A stretch of DNA of 64,000 nt, from IMG/VR virus record IMGVR_UViG_3300024255_001088. One strand, written 5' to 3'. Numbering within the stretch: the first letter of the stretch is position 1; the number at the start of each line of letters is the position of its first letter. This document shows, piece by piece, positions 1 to 9,925 of the stretch. The notes below the pieces were generated by a model that was given only the letters and a program-made list of their open reading frames with translations, did not search any database and was not told the origin of the DNA. This stretch comes from a virus. Both the position numbers and the translations under genes were made by a program.

Positions 1-158
1 AAGAATTCCAGCAAAATTGTGAAGAAAAATGTCCTGAGGTATATAATAATACAAAACGTTATGCTTGTCTATACATAAAACAACATGAGCCTAAAAGTTT
101 TGGATTTAAAACATCAATAGAAAATAATCAATTTACAGAACAGAAATTCATAAAATGA
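1..158 (+). CDS. 3' end of a hypothetical protein (partial, truncated by window)
   Basis: Open frame from nt 3 (EFQQNCEEKCPEVY...QKFIK) ending in TGA 156-158, overlapping the next ATG (ATGA coupling). Confidence 0.6.
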   Translation, partial: EFQQNCEEKCPEVYNNTKRYACLYIKQHEPKSFGFKTSIENNQFTEQKFIK

Positions 159-787
159 ATAAATGGGAATTTAATAAAGAATTAGCACCAAATTTTGTAG
201 ATCATGCAAAGAAGCATATCCCTGACTATGACAAAGTCATAGATATATCTGTTGAATTATGTGAAGACCTGTATAATAAGCAGTCATCAATAATAGATGT
301 GGGTTGTGCATCAGGGGAAACATTAAAACGTTTACATGCTAAAGGGTTTACGAACATATATGGTGTAGACAATAGCCAGGCAATGTTAGATGTATGTCCA
401 GATAATATTGCAACATACAAATTATCTGAGGATTATCCTATAGGGTTTCCTACTATGGATGTTATTATATGCAATTGGACCTTACATTTTATAAAGGACA
501 AGATATCATACTTAAACTCAATTAAAAATAATTTAAAGGATGGCGGTACATTTGTATTATCTGAAAAAACAACATTAGACCCTCTAATGATAGGTAAGTA
601 TCACGAATTTAAAATTAATAACGGTGTGCCAGAAGAAGAGATAAAGATAAAAGAAAAACAATTACTTGATGTAATGTTTATAGATGATACTGAATGGTAT
701 CTTAGTACTCTAAAAGAGATAGGGTTCAGTAAAGTAAATGTTATCAATGCACACTACTGTTTCAATACCTTTATTTGCAGAGTTTAG
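155..787 (+). CDS. Class I SAM-dependent methyltransferase, CmoA-like
   Basis: IIDVGCASG motif I, GVDNS, NWTLHF, GGTFVLSEK and N-terminal W-F-x-HIPDY pattern resemble the CmoA family. Confidence 0.8.
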   Translation: MNKWEFNKELAPNFVDHAKKHIPDYDKVIDISVELCEDLYNKQSSIIDVGCASGETLKRLHAKGFTNIYGVDNSQAMLDVCPDNIATYKLSEDYPIGFPTMDVIICNWTLHFIKDKISYLNSIKNNLKDGGTFVLSEKTTLDPLMIGKYHEFKINNGVPEEEIKIKEKQLLDVMFIDDTEWYLSTLKEIGFSKVNVINAHYCFNTFICRV

Positions 788-833
788 CAATACATATACA
801 TAAATATACTTTTTAAAATATAAAAGGAAATAT

Positions 834-1256
834 ATGAATATAATTAAACACTTCATGGATAACTTGAAGACGGTGTTGGTCACAAGAGCAACAGATTTTG
901 ACGGAAGGTCAGACAGGCCTGAATTTTGGTTCTTCTCATTATACATAAGTATAATTGCAGTACTACTGGGATTAGTAGATAACTATGTAATAGGATTTAC
1001 ATTTTGGAGTATACTGGAACCATTCGGTGAGATGGAAGAATGTGGAGTATTAGTAGCATTGTTTATGTTAGCAACTCTTGTTCAAAGTATATCACTAACA
1101 GCAAGAAGATTACACGACAGAGGTCGTAGTGGTTGGTGGCAGTTAATGTTTGTAGTACCAGGATTAAACTTTATACCATTATATTGGTGTGTAAGAGATG
1201 CAAAGGATACAACTGAAGCATTAACATACGAGAACCCATATGGGTTCCGTTATTAA
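834..1256 (+). CDS. DUF805 (YhaH/YhaI-like) membrane protein
   Basis: FDGRSDRPEFWFF and RRLHDRGRSGWW signatures; hydrophobic segments. Confidence 0.9.
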   Translation: MNIIKHFMDNLKTVLVTRATDFDGRSDRPEFWFFSLYISIIAVLLGLVDNYVIGFTFWSILEPFGEMEECGVLVALFMLATLVQSISLTARRLHDRGRSGWWQLMFVVPGLNFIPLYWCVRDAKDTTEALTYENPYGFRY

Positions 1257-1266
1257 GGAGAAGAGG

Positions 1267-1563
1267 ATGAAAAAAGGTGATTTAATAAGTGTAGTAACCA
1301 TGAGTGGTGAATACATTGGAAAGTTTGCAGGCGATGATAATGGTCTCAGACTGGAGAACCCACGAATGATAGTACAGGCGCCTAACGGTGGCATGGGGTT
1401 CGCAAAAGGAGTTGCAGTGACAGGTAAAGTGGATCCTGAATTCATGGTCATTGCAAACTATGTATTTCTTTGTGAAACAAATGAAGATGTACAAGAAGCT
1501 TATAGAACTGCATTTTCGGGTATAGAAGTACCTAAGAAGAAAAAGATTATAGTGAATAAGTAA
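1267..1563 (+). CDS. Conserved hypothetical phage protein (possible Sm-like beta fold)
   Basis: ORF 1240-1563; start at 1267 preferred because TAAGGAG precedes it; GDLISVVTMSGEYIGK...LENP pattern. Confidence 0.6.
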   Translation: MKKGDLISVVTMSGEYIGKFAGDDNGLRLENPRMIVQAPNGGMGFAKGVAVTGKVDPEFMVIANYVFLCETNEDVQEAYRTAFSGIEVPKKKKIIVNK

Positions 1564-2159
1564 TGTCGAGTCGTGAGGGATTTGATAGTTATCAGTTATA
1601 CTTAGGAATTAAATTACATTTTAATTCAGCATCGTATGACTTCATCAAATACAATGGTAAGGTCAAGGCAGACTTACCATCCTTCATGAAACGAAAAGAC
1701 AAGTATCACTTTGCCAAACTGGCGAGAACATATAAGAGTGAACTACTTGATTTCTATGTTGCCAACCTATCGTTGAAAGATGCATGGGTTGGTGATTTAC
1801 TAGAAAATGAATCTAAGAAACTCTACTTAGATTGGAAGAAAAGACAACAGAGATTATCTTATCAGTTTGAACAAGACATGATGTATCTATTAAAGAAGAA
1901 ATCTATACAGGAGATATTGACTGTCACAAACGGACAACACCCCTATCTACTCAAACAATTCCTTGGTAAGAACATATCACTAGAGACAATGTGTATACTA
2001 GATGATGTGACTGAATACAGTAAGAAATGGAATACTCTTATATCAGAAACACTGATATATCCAGACACAATAAACAAGATTGATAAGTATAAGTCATTTA
2101 TGAATTATAACATCAACAACTATAAACAAAAACTTATAAAACTATGCAAGACAACCTAG
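1563..2159 (+). CDS. gp59: Helicase loader (T4 gp59-like)
   Basis: YLGIKLHF...YDFIKYNGK...KRKDKYHF motifs; located just upstream of gp32. Confidence 0.9.
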   Translation: MSSREGFDSYQLYLGIKLHFNSASYDFIKYNGKVKADLPSFMKRKDKYHFAKLARTYKSELLDFYVANLSLKDAWVGDLLENESKKLYLDWKKRQQRLSYQFEQDMMYLLKKKSIQEILTVTNGQHPYLLKQFLGKNISLETMCILDDVTEYSKKWNTLISETLIYPDTINKIDKYKSFMNYNINNYKQKLIKLCKTT

Positions 2160-2896
2160 ACATGTTATACTTGGTTGGTAATGGACCATCGAGAGAGAAA
2201 GTAAACCTTAACACCTTATCAGAGTGGTGGGGAATGAATTACATCTATAGAACACATTCTCCAGACATGTGTTTTGTACATGATGTTCATCCTCAGAAAG
2301 TAATGATTGAAGAAGAATACTATAAGAAAGGAAAAGTTTGTGTCGCCGAGTGGAACGAACTACCCATAGAAATGTGGGATATGATAAAGTTAGGATTACC
2401 TGGTGAGACACACGAAGTCAGAAAAGAAGATGATGATGCATTTGTGATGCAAGGGGAGAATTATTACGGAGATGATGCAAGGTCATATATGATTGGATAT
2501 AATCGGGCCTATGCGAATAACATAGTTATATATGAAAATCAATTGCTCAAGAACTTGTATTGTGGAATGTATGCATTAGGTTATGCAGTACATCATGGTT
2601 ACAAGAACATATGTTTATTAGGGTTTGATGCATTACAATTCGATAGTGGAGAGAATGTATACAATAAACAAGGTATTTATACTTACAGTGAACATAATGA
2701 ATATGGTGTAAGAATAATACAACAATCTCAATTTGTGAGCCTTATGGAACACATAAATATAGAACATCCTGAAGTGAAGGTTTTTTTTAAAAACCCCATT
2801 GAAGGATTCGACCAAATCGTGTATAATGAATTATTATCTCGATTTAAAGTCGAAGATAAATGGATTCTAGGTCAAGGCCTAGAGTCTTTGATATAA
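2144..2896 (+). CDS. Hypothetical protein with Maf/DUF115 or sialyltransferase-like nucleotide-binding motifs
   Basis: LVGNGPS near N-terminus, GMNYIY, and ICLLGFD. Confidence 0.55.
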   Translation: MQDNLDMLYLVGNGPSREKVNLNTLSEWWGMNYIYRTHSPDMCFVHDVHPQKVMIEEEYYKKGKVCVAEWNELPIEMWDMIKLGLPGETHEVRKEDDDAFVMQGENYYGDDARSYMIGYNRAYANNIVIYENQLLKNLYCGMYALGYAVHHGYKNICLLGFDALQFDSGENVYNKQGIYTYSEHNEYGVRIIQQSQFVSLMEHINIEHPEVKVFFKNPIEGFDQIVYNELLSRFKVEDKWILGQGLESLI

Positions 2897-2924
2897 TGCG
2901 ATATGAATACAATAGGAGAATACA

Positions 2925-3824
2925 ATGTCAACATCGTTAGATAAGCTCAGACAGGCTATGGAGTCTGCATCACCAGCTCAAGGTGATAAAAAAACCTACG
3001 GAGATGATACTTTCTGGAAACCAGAACTTGATAAATCAGGTAATGGTTATGCAGTAGTTCGTTTCTTGCCAACACCAGAAGGAGATGAGATGCCATGGGT
3101 ATCTTACTTCGACCATGGTTTCCAAGGTCTAGGTGGTTGGTATATCGAAAAGTCTTTAACTACCATTGGTAAAAAAGACCCTGTAAGTGAATACAACACA
3201 TCGTTGTGGAACACAGGAATTGAGGCTAACAAAGAACAAGCTAGAAAACAGAAGCGTAGACTTCATTATGTTTCTAACATCTTTGTTGTTTCAGACCCCA
3301 AGAATCCTGATAATGAAGGGAAGGTATTTCAATACCGATATGGTAAGAAGATTTTTGAAATGTTGAAAGAGGCTATCTCTCCAGCATTTGAAGATGAGTC
3401 TGCTATTAATCCTTTTGACTTAAGAGGCGAGGGTGCGAACTTTAAGATTAAAATTAGAAAAGTAGACGGCTACTGGAACTATGACAAATCAGAGTTTGAT
3501 TCACCTGCGAATCTATTTGAAGATGAGGCGAGATTAGAAAATATCGCTATGTCTACAAAGAGTCTATCAGAGATTATATCACCTAGTAAGTTTAAGTCTT
3601 ATGAAGAACTTAAAGAGAAACTCGATAGAGTTCTTGGTCTTGCAGGTGCTGTAGCAAATTCTACTGCTGAATCAATTGCAGACGACATGGAAGAAGTGCC
3701 ATGGTCTGGAGTTAATAAAGAAACAGTAGCAGAAGAACCTGTAATCTCATCAGTAGAATCTACTTCAGAAGTTGAAGAAGAAGATGATGCGATGGATTAC
3801 TTTAAGAAGTTAGCTGACAGCTAA
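2925..3824 (+). CDS. gp32: Single-stranded DNA-binding protein
   Basis: DKSGNGYAVVRFLP, GGWYIEKSLTT, YRYGKKIF, GANFKIKI, NYDKSEF; acidic C-terminus; AGGAG RBS. Confidence 0.97.
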   Translation: MSTSLDKLRQAMESASPAQGDKKTYGDDTFWKPELDKSGNGYAVVRFLPTPEGDEMPWVSYFDHGFQGLGGWYIEKSLTTIGKKDPVSEYNTSLWNTGIEANKEQARKQKRRLHYVSNIFVVSDPKNPDNEGKVFQYRYGKKIFEMLKEAISPAFEDESAINPFDLRGEGANFKIKIRKVDGYWNYDKSEFDSPANLFEDEARLENIAMSTKSLSEIISPSKFKSYEELKEKLDRVLGLAGAVANSTAESIADDMEEVPWSGVNKETVAEEPVISSVESTSEVEEEDDAMDYFKKLADS

Positions 3825-3837
3825 TTTCTTTATAGGG

Positions 3838-3995
3838 TGTAGTTGTATTATATAATGCATGAAGTGATTGCAACTACAGACTTCGGCCGTGGATATGGGG
3901 GTATCGAAGTAGGGGAAAGGTTATCAGCAAAACACAAGCGGGATAATCGGTGAAGAGCGGGTTGCTGTAAGCGTTGGGGCGACTTCACACTTTTT
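3838..3995 (+). ncRNA. Putative structured RNA or leader upstream of rpsU
   Basis: GC-rich intergenic island with four consecutive hairpins: 3838-3847/3869-3878, 3880-3886/3904-3910, 3919-3925/3942-3948, 3950-3955/3983-3988, followed by a T run. Confidence 0.5.
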
Positions 3996-4008
3996 AAGAG
4001 AATATTAT

Positions 4009-4245
4009 ATGCCAAAAGTTAGTCCAAAATTAAATCCTAAAACCAGACAGTCGGAGGGATTCGATAGCATGTTGAGAAGATTTAAAAGAGCATGTGATAA
4101 GGCAGAGATAGTACAAGAAGTTAGACAACGACAGTACCACGAGAAACCTAACGACACTAAGAATCAAAAGAATCAAGACCTTAAGCGTAGAAAGAAATTA
4201 GACGCTAAGAGAAAGGCACAAAGTAATTATAGAAAAATAAGATGA
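4009..4245 (+). CDS. rpsU: Phage-encoded 30S ribosomal protein bS21
   Basis: FDSMLRRFKRACDKAEIVQEVRQRQYHEKP matches the bS21 core; basic, 78 aa. Confidence 0.92.
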   Translation: MPKVSPKLNPKTRQSEGFDSMLRRFKRACDKAEIVQEVRQRQYHEKPNDTKNQKNQDLKRRKKLDAKRKAQSNYRKIR

Positions 4246-4439
4246 GTAATTGGCATGGGGGCAAGGGTTCTAAGAGAAGGAACTCAAACGAAGAAGCCTA
4301 TGCTGATAATTGGGAGAAAATCTTTGGTAAGAAAAAACCAGAGGTAAAAGTTAGAAAAGAAACACCTAGTCAAGGTGCTACACAAGTCCATTCGGACAAA
4401 ACATTATACAGTAGAAAAAAAAGATTTATACCTGAATAG
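4242..4439 (+). CDS. Small basic hypothetical protein
   Basis: ATGA-coupled to rpsU; GGKGSKRR...YADNWEKIFGKK. Confidence 0.7.
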   Translation: MSNWHGGKGSKRRNSNEEAYADNWEKIFGKKKPEVKVRKETPSQGATQVHSDKTLYSRKKRFIPE

Positions 4440-4440
4440 G

Positions 4441-6402
4441 TTAAGTTGTAGAATAACTCATTTGATTGTCGTTGACAGATTCCATGTTTACTTGCATTGA
4501 TTCTTGGTTACTCACATTGGTGTTGTTTGCAATATTATTAACTACAGTATCACCCCCACCTGCCATTTTAGATGAATCTATGTCTGCTTTTAAGTTCGCC
4601 AGTTGGTCTCCAGAGAGATTTGTTTCTATGTTTGAGGTCAATGCATCAATCATTCCTTGAGGGTCTTCGACACCCAACATATCTCCTGCAATACTAGTAG
4701 CTACTTCGTCTCCCTTTCTGCCTCCCCATATACCACCAATAAGACCACCAACAACTCCACCTACTAGAGTACCAACTCCAGGAATAATAGAACCAATAGC
4801 AGCACCAGCAGCTGCACCACCAAGGGCGCCTGCACCTCTACCAACTGAACCAGCAGCATTCGCCTTGTTCGCCTTAATCGCACCTTCGAATTCTTCTTTA
4901 GTCAATGGTCTTAGTCCGCCATTGCCGTCATCTATAACTGGTGTCTTGTTTTCATATGCGGCTGTTATGAGGTCTAGTTTCTTCGCATTAGAATTTGCAT
5001 CCATAACTGTTTCTGCAACTGCACCAGCGATTGGTATCTTCTTAAGAACTTGAGAACCTGCTTTCTTAGCAATTTCTTTGGCGCCACTCTTAGCTACATC
5101 ATCAGTTGAACTAGCAACTGTATTTTTTACAAACTTACCTGTTTTCTCATCAATAAGTTTTCCAGCTTTATTTAACTTTGTGCCTTTTGGTGTTGTGGGG
5201 GCTGGTGGCACCAGTTTAGGGAACATCTTAGAGAGACTTGCTCTTAATCCTTTAAAGATATCCGTAATCTTAGTTTTTACTAATTGCAGTGCTGTGGCAA
5301 TACCTGTAGCAAAAGTCTCACCAGTTGTTTTCATTTCGGAGATGACCCAAGTGACACCTGCTGCTAAGGCAAGGTATGGAGCCATTCGCAATAAAAATAA
5401 GAGACCTTCTTGAAGCTTTCTTCCGGTCTGAAACTTAGTTTCGTCCTTTTCTCTTTTTTTACTAAATAATTCTTGTTGTTTGTTCTTTTTATCAGCGAGT
5501 GTTTTTTCTAACTTCATCTTCGCTTCATATTCTCTCATCTCAAAACGGTCATTACTTTGACCTTCATTAGCTACAGAGTTACCTATATCTTGTATAGATT
5601 GACCAGAGATGTTTACAGTATTGTCTGCTACTTGGTTACCAAATGCTCTTTCCTTTTGATTGTCCTTGTCGTTGAAGTCGGCTATATCTTTTTCAGCATT
5701 ATCTACATCTCTTTGAGCGCTGTCCTTTGCAAGAGGATTTATTTTACTACCAAAACCTGTAGCCTTTTCGCCAACAAATTTGGCGCCGCCTACAATTTTG
5801 TCTTTTAATGTCCCAAGAAGTTCTACTCCTTTCGAAACTCCAGGTATCATCATTAAGAGTTTTCCTAGTAATATTCCGAACGGACTAAGAATACCCAAGA
5901 GCATTGTAAATGTACCACGAAGTATATTGAACACAGCAACAGTTTTAAATATTGCTGTCTTTAGTGTATTGAAGAAAGGACCAAGGGCACCAATACCATT
6001 TGTTAATTCTTTTACACCTGTATGAAATCTTTCACCACCTGTTTGTATAAGAGCAGCTGATTGACCAACTCGTTCTTTCAGGTCATTAAACATCTTATTA
6101 AAGTTTACACCCCTAAGAGATTGGAACATTCTCTCAAACGGACCAGCAAGAGCGCTTAGCGCTCTTGTTAAACCAGTTGCTTCTTCGCCATCTTGTTGTA
6201 TGTGTTCTTTTTTTAGTTTATTGCCGATTGCAATTTTACCTTTTAATTCACTAAATCCATGTTTGGTTTCGATGTTACCACGGAATGTATTGACATCGGT
6301 ATTCTTAGACCACTTGTTGGTCTCTTCATGATGCCTAAGGGAATCTCCTAGTAATCTAGAATGAATTTCTTGATGATTAGCGCTGGGATTTGGTAATGGC
6401 AT
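4441..6402 (-). CDS. Probable tape-measure / baseplate hub protein (gp29-like)
   Basis: 653 aa, helical and coiled-coil, hydrophobic segments and glycine zipper; lies downstream of gp26/gp51. Confidence 0.6.
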   Translation of the reverse strand: MPLPNPSANHQEIHSRLLGDSLRHHEETNKWSKNTDVNTFRGNIETKHGFSELKGKIAIGNKLKKEHIQQDGEEATGLTRALSALAGPFERMFQSLRGVNFNKMFNDLKERVGQSAALIQTGGERFHTGVKELTNGIGALGPFFNTLKTAIFKTVAVFNILRGTFTMLLGILSPFGILLGKLLMMIPGVSKGVELLGTLKDKIVGGAKFVGEKATGFGSKINPLAKDSAQRDVDNAEKDIADFNDKDNQKERAFGNQVADNTVNISGQSIQDIGNSVANEGQSNDRFEMREYEAKMKLEKTLADKKNKQQELFSKKREKDETKFQTGRKLQEGLLFLLRMAPYLALAAGVTWVISEMKTTGETFATGIATALQLVKTKITDIFKGLRASLSKMFPKLVPPAPTTPKGTKLNKAGKLIDEKTGKFVKNTVASSTDDVAKSGAKEIAKKAGSQVLKKIPIAGAVAETVMDANSNAKKLDLITAAYENKTPVIDDGNGGLRPLTKEEFEGAIKANKANAAGSVGRGAGALGGAAAGAAIGSIIPGVGTLVGGVVGGLIGGIWGGRKGDEVATSIAGDMLGVEDPQGMIDALTSNIETNLSGDQLANLKADIDSSKMAGGGDTVVNNIANNTNVSNQESMQVNMESVNDNQMSYSTT

Positions 6403-6422
6403 ATAATCTATTTATCCTTTCT

Positions 6423-6794
6423 TTACTTTCCGAACGCTTTTCCAGCTTCTGATATTCCAAATGCACCCAATGTCACAACTACAAATGATGTGTAGATTGT
6501 TTCAGATACTTTTAGGTCCATATCCCAAACTAGAGCAGTCACTAAATCTGTAATGCCAAATACGACCATTAAGAAGAATGATATAAAACCGATAATTGAT
6601 TTTTCATTCACATCATTGTCATCTAAGAATAAGTCTCCAAATGTTCTCTTCCTTGGTTCAAGTTGATTTCTGGCTGCGATTGCATCCTCTTTCATCTCCT
6701 TGATTTGGTCTTCTTGTTCATCGAGTTTTTCGATGAGGGCCATATACTTATCCAGGTCAATTTCGACTTCATTACTATCGTTATCTTTAGCCAT
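6423..6794 (-). CDS. Hypothetical membrane protein (coiled coil plus two TM segments)
   Basis: Acidic coiled-coil N-half; two hydrophobic helices in C-half; AGGAG RBS. Confidence 0.65.
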   Translation of the reverse strand: MAKDNDSNEVEIDLDKYMALIEKLDEQEDQIKEMKEDAIAARNQLEPRKRTFGDLFLDDNDVNEKSIIGFISFFLMVVFGITDLVTALVWDMDLKVSETIYTSFVVVTLGAFGISEAGKAFGK

Positions 6795-6796
6795 AA

Positions 6797-6985
6797 TTAT
6801 CTCCTATTTTGTTGCGCCTTCTGGCGTTCCTTTTCTTCTTCAAGGTGATTTAACAGCATCTTGATATATATTTCCCTTTCCCATGGTATCATTGTTTCTA
6901 ACTCCGACAATGAATACTTATGGTGTTGCATCATCTGAAAGTTAGTTGTATAATAATTAACTATACTCTCATGCGAAAGGGACAT
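6797..6985 (-). CDS. gp51: Baseplate hub assembly catalyst (gp51-like)
   Basis: NYYTTNFQMMQHHKYSLSELETMIPWEREIY; directly after gp26. Confidence 0.85.
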   Translation of the reverse strand: MSLSHESIVNYYTTNFQMMQHHKYSLSELETMIPWEREIYIKMLLNHLEEEKERQKAQQNRR

Positions 6986-7692
6986 TAAAAAAAATTGTTA
7001 AGCCCTTGTAATTCTACTGAAGTTTCTTCTTTGCATTTTGGGCAAGTCCATTCCACTTTATGTTTAAGTGATGGTACTGCATCAAAATACTCAGATATCT
7101 TTTCAAATTGTGTCACTGTTAAACTTTCGATAAATTCATTAATTTCTGAATCTCTATACTCAGATAACTCAAATACATTCTCATCATCGAAGAGTCTAAC
7201 CATACACTCTCTTAAAACTGGTAAGATTGTTTCTGCTTCATCTAAACCTTCTAACTTCATTACTAGTTTAGTTAGAGGTGGTTGAAGTTCAACGATTAAG
7301 TTCTCGTTCAGTTTTACTTTATTATCTTGCATACCAGTTGTGTCGACTTTGATATCACCCAAGTTTATTTCTTGATTAGATATGCCATCACAATCTGGAG
7401 ATGCTTGACAGATTAAAGGAAGAGTCACACTTTCTCCAATCGATTTAGACCTTATCTGTAAAAACAAATATTCTAAATCAGCGATTGGTATCTTGTTCGC
7501 ATCAACCTTTCCGTCCGTCACTGATTTAATTAAGTCTAATATGCCACTGAAAATATCAGAAGCTTCGGCACTTTCTTTTGCCTGTAAAAGAAAACTTTGT
7601 TCTTTAACAAGGAAAGGTCTGTACTTGACCTTTGTTTTGCTGACTGGTAATTCGCAATTATACGAGGGTGCAGTCTGTATCGGTAAACCCAT
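6985..7692 (-). CDS. gp26: Baseplate hub subunit / assembly chaperone
   Basis: YRPFLVKE, DLEYLFLQIRSKSIGE, CxxC motifs, terminal GLNNFF. Confidence 0.92.
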   Translation of the reverse strand: MGLPIQTAPSYNCELPVSKTKVKYRPFLVKEQSFLLQAKESAEASDIFSGILDLIKSVTDGKVDANKIPIADLEYLFLQIRSKSIGESVTLPLICQASPDCDGISNQEINLGDIKVDTTGMQDNKVKLNENLIVELQPPLTKLVMKLEGLDEAETILPVLRECMVRLFDDENVFELSEYRDSEINEFIESLTVTQFEKISEYFDAVPSLKHKVEWTCPKCKEETSVELQGLNNFF

Positions 7693-7720
7693 AATGTAGT
7701 TTCTCCTAATTTATTATATA

Positions 7721-8410
7721 CTATCCAAAAAGACCGTCTAGTCTAGCAAGTCTATCTTGAAATCTTTGTCCGGCATCACTACTAGAGTTGCCGCCATTTC
7801 TTAAATTTCTTAAATCATTAAGTACATCTAAGAATCTTCTTCCTTTATTTATGCCACTTACAGAGTTAGGTTTTTTATAATCTGTTGTAAATGTTCTAAA
7901 TGCAAAGGTACATTCAAATCTCATTATATCTCCACTCTCAGAATTCAATTCTTGTTGTGCAAAAGATACTGGATATGCTTCGTAAAGTTTATAGACCAAT
8001 GAGTCTTTATCTGAATTTGTTATTTGTGATATTTCAATCTCACCAATGTAATCGTTATAGTATGAGAATTGTGGATTGATTGAAGTTCCGGAATCTTTTC
8101 CTCTAAACACTGCGGCCTGCCATGCCTCTATTACATATCTATCAGCAAATGTTGAGTCACATAAGAAAGTAAATGATACTTCACCTCCGTCATGTGTTAA
8201 GTTGTAAGGCAACTTTCTAGTTGGTCCATATTCAGACCAATCAGCAGTTTCTAATTGTCTGCCTGGTAATGATGCGGTGATACATCTTAGTCCCTCAAAA
8301 GACTTTGCACCAAATAGAGTATCGCAAAAGAAATTTACTTGAAATCTATTTGCTCTGGCACCTTGGTCAAAGTTGTGTCTTAGTTTATCTATGTTTAATC
8401 TATCAGCCAT
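7721..8410 (-). CDS. gp54: Baseplate tail-tube initiator (gp54-like, tail-tube fold)
   Basis: ARANRFQV, ASLPG, YEAYP motifs homologous to gp19; syntenic position. Confidence 0.75.
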   Translation of the reverse strand: MADRLNIDKLRHNFDQGARANRFQVNFFCDTLFGAKSFEGLRCITASLPGRQLETADWSEYGPTRKLPYNLTHDGGEVSFTFLCDSTFADRYVIEAWQAAVFRGKDSGTSINPQFSYYNDYIGEIEISQITNSDKDSLVYKLYEAYPVSFAQQELNSESGDIMRFECTFAFRTFTTDYKKPNSVSGINKGRRFLDVLNDLRNLRNGGNSSSDAGQRFQDRLARLDGLFG

Positions 8411-9035
8411 TTATTTTCTCCAGACTTTCTTTCCATATTTCTTTTTGTTCTTTCTTTTGCCATTGGGCAAGTGGTAACATTGCAATTGAGTCCCAATAAT
8501 CAGGAGTCACCTCAAGTGGTCTGTTTATAATTTGTGTTGTTAGATATTTTCTATAACACGCCTTAAAGTATCTTAGTTTTCTGATACCTGATATCATCTC
8601 ATATGTCATTCTAATTTTTGAACGCATAAGTTCAGCATGATACCTATCCAACTTGTCTCCTTGACCTAGTATCTCTTCGTCTGGTTCTTGTATCTCATAC
8701 TTGTACAACTCATACAAAAATCTAACACGAAGTCTAGGCGGAAGATAATGCAAATTAAGTCCTGTAAATCCGTCCTGTGTAATCTCTAATATAAAGATTA
8801 AAGGAAATCTATCCCAATAAGGAAGTTTATCTTTAGTCTTTGCATCATAAAAGAAAAGATACATTCTACCTTCTAAATATCTTTTCGCTTTTCTTAATTC
8901 TGATTGTCTATAAAAACCTTCACTAGATAACTTCATGGTCTGAACTCTTTGTCTAAACCAAGTCAATGCTTGTAAAGACCTTTGTTCTAGTTCGACAGGT
9001 TTTTCAGTTCTTAAAATATCTAATAGACTTTCCAT
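8403..9035 (-). CDS. gp2: DNA end protector protein
   Basis: YDAKTKDKLPYWDRFPL, GLNLHYLPP. Confidence 0.93.
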   Translation of the reverse strand: MESLLDILRTEKPVELEQRSLQALTWFRQRVQTMKLSSEGFYRQSELRKAKRYLEGRMYLFFYDAKTKDKLPYWDRFPLIFILEITQDGFTGLNLHYLPPRLRVRFLYELYKYEIQEPDEEILGQGDKLDRYHAELMRSKIRMTYEMISGIRKLRYFKACYRKYLTTQIINRPLEVTPDYWDSIAMLPLAQWQKKEQKEIWKESLEKING

Positions 9036-9049
9036 GCCTATTATTTATG

Positions 9050-9925
9050 TTAAATTTTATAGATATTGAAGTTTTCTTTTTCGATTCTTTCGCAAGACTC
9101 AGGATAAAGTCCTAAAATCTCCGTGAGGTCAGCTAGCTTTAGAGTATAATCATTTTTGGTTTCAATCGCTACACCTGTCGAACCTTCTGTTCGTACATAC
9201 TGTTTTACATCATCATCCGGATTGCCAATGAGTACGGGTAATTTTCTATCGAACATTGTACGAATCAATTCTACCGAACCTGCAATACTTGGTCTATCTT
9301 CTTGCATGTGACATTCCATTATCTTACCATCCATATTACTGTAAAAATTAGTTTTGCCGTCTACAGTGAAGATATTCGCCCATTCTTCGAAGCGGAGAGG
9401 CGCTTTGTTTTCAAAATGCCCTACATTATCCCACAAAACTATCTTCTCCTCTCTTGCTTTTAGATACCATAATGCATGAATACGAGACATGCCTGGATGA
9501 ACAAAGATATACTTGCTTTCTGTTAGTGCTTGTATAGTAGAATCTAGTCCAACAGTTCTATATTGGTCTACAAGATACATTATTTTAGATGTATGATATG
9601 AGTAATTGTCAATTTCACTTTCACCTGTAATCTTTGTTAGAGTTTTTTGTTCTACTGGTGTACCGTCTATGTTGTCAAGTAGTCTTGTTGCCCATTGATT
9701 TAAGACTGCATCGGTATATCTTCCACTTTTTTCACCTATGAGTTCTTTTTCCTCGCAGTCTCTTAGGGTAACTAGATAAGGCTTGTGTGAGTTTTTACTA
9801 ATCCAGTCGAAGTGTTCTTTTGCTTTTGCAGTTTCTTCTGATATCTCTTCCTCAGTCTTTTCATGAAAGTGAAACCATGTGGATTTTTTATACTTTATCT
9901 CTTCTGTAGATTCTTCTTCAAACAT
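9050..9925 (-). CDS. Hypothetical protein with ParB/Srx-like motif, paralogous to the N-terminal domain of 49034..50581
   Basis: YHTSKIMYLVDQYRTVGL...IQ...VHPGMSR aligns by eye with YHGAKAHWLVDSIRKEGL...IQ...IHPGSVR. Confidence 0.55.
   Translation of the reverse strand: MFEEESTEEIKYKKSTWFHFHEKTEEEISEETAKAKEHFDWISKNSHKPYLVTLRDCEEKELIGEKSGRYTDAVLNQWATRLLDNIDGTPVEQKTLTKITGESEIDNYSYHTSKIMYLVDQYRTVGLDSTIQALTESKYIFVHPGMSRIHALWYLKAREEKIVLWDNVGHFENKAPLRFEEWANIFTVDGKTNFYSNMDGKIMECHMQEDRPSIAGSVELIRTMFDRKLPVLIGNPDDDVKQYVRTEGSTGVAIETKNDYTLKLADLTEILGLYPESCERIEKENFNIYKI

Noticed and set aside
3838-3995. tRNA gene
   Set aside because: No cloverleaf, T-loop GTTCRA or CCA end is recognisable.
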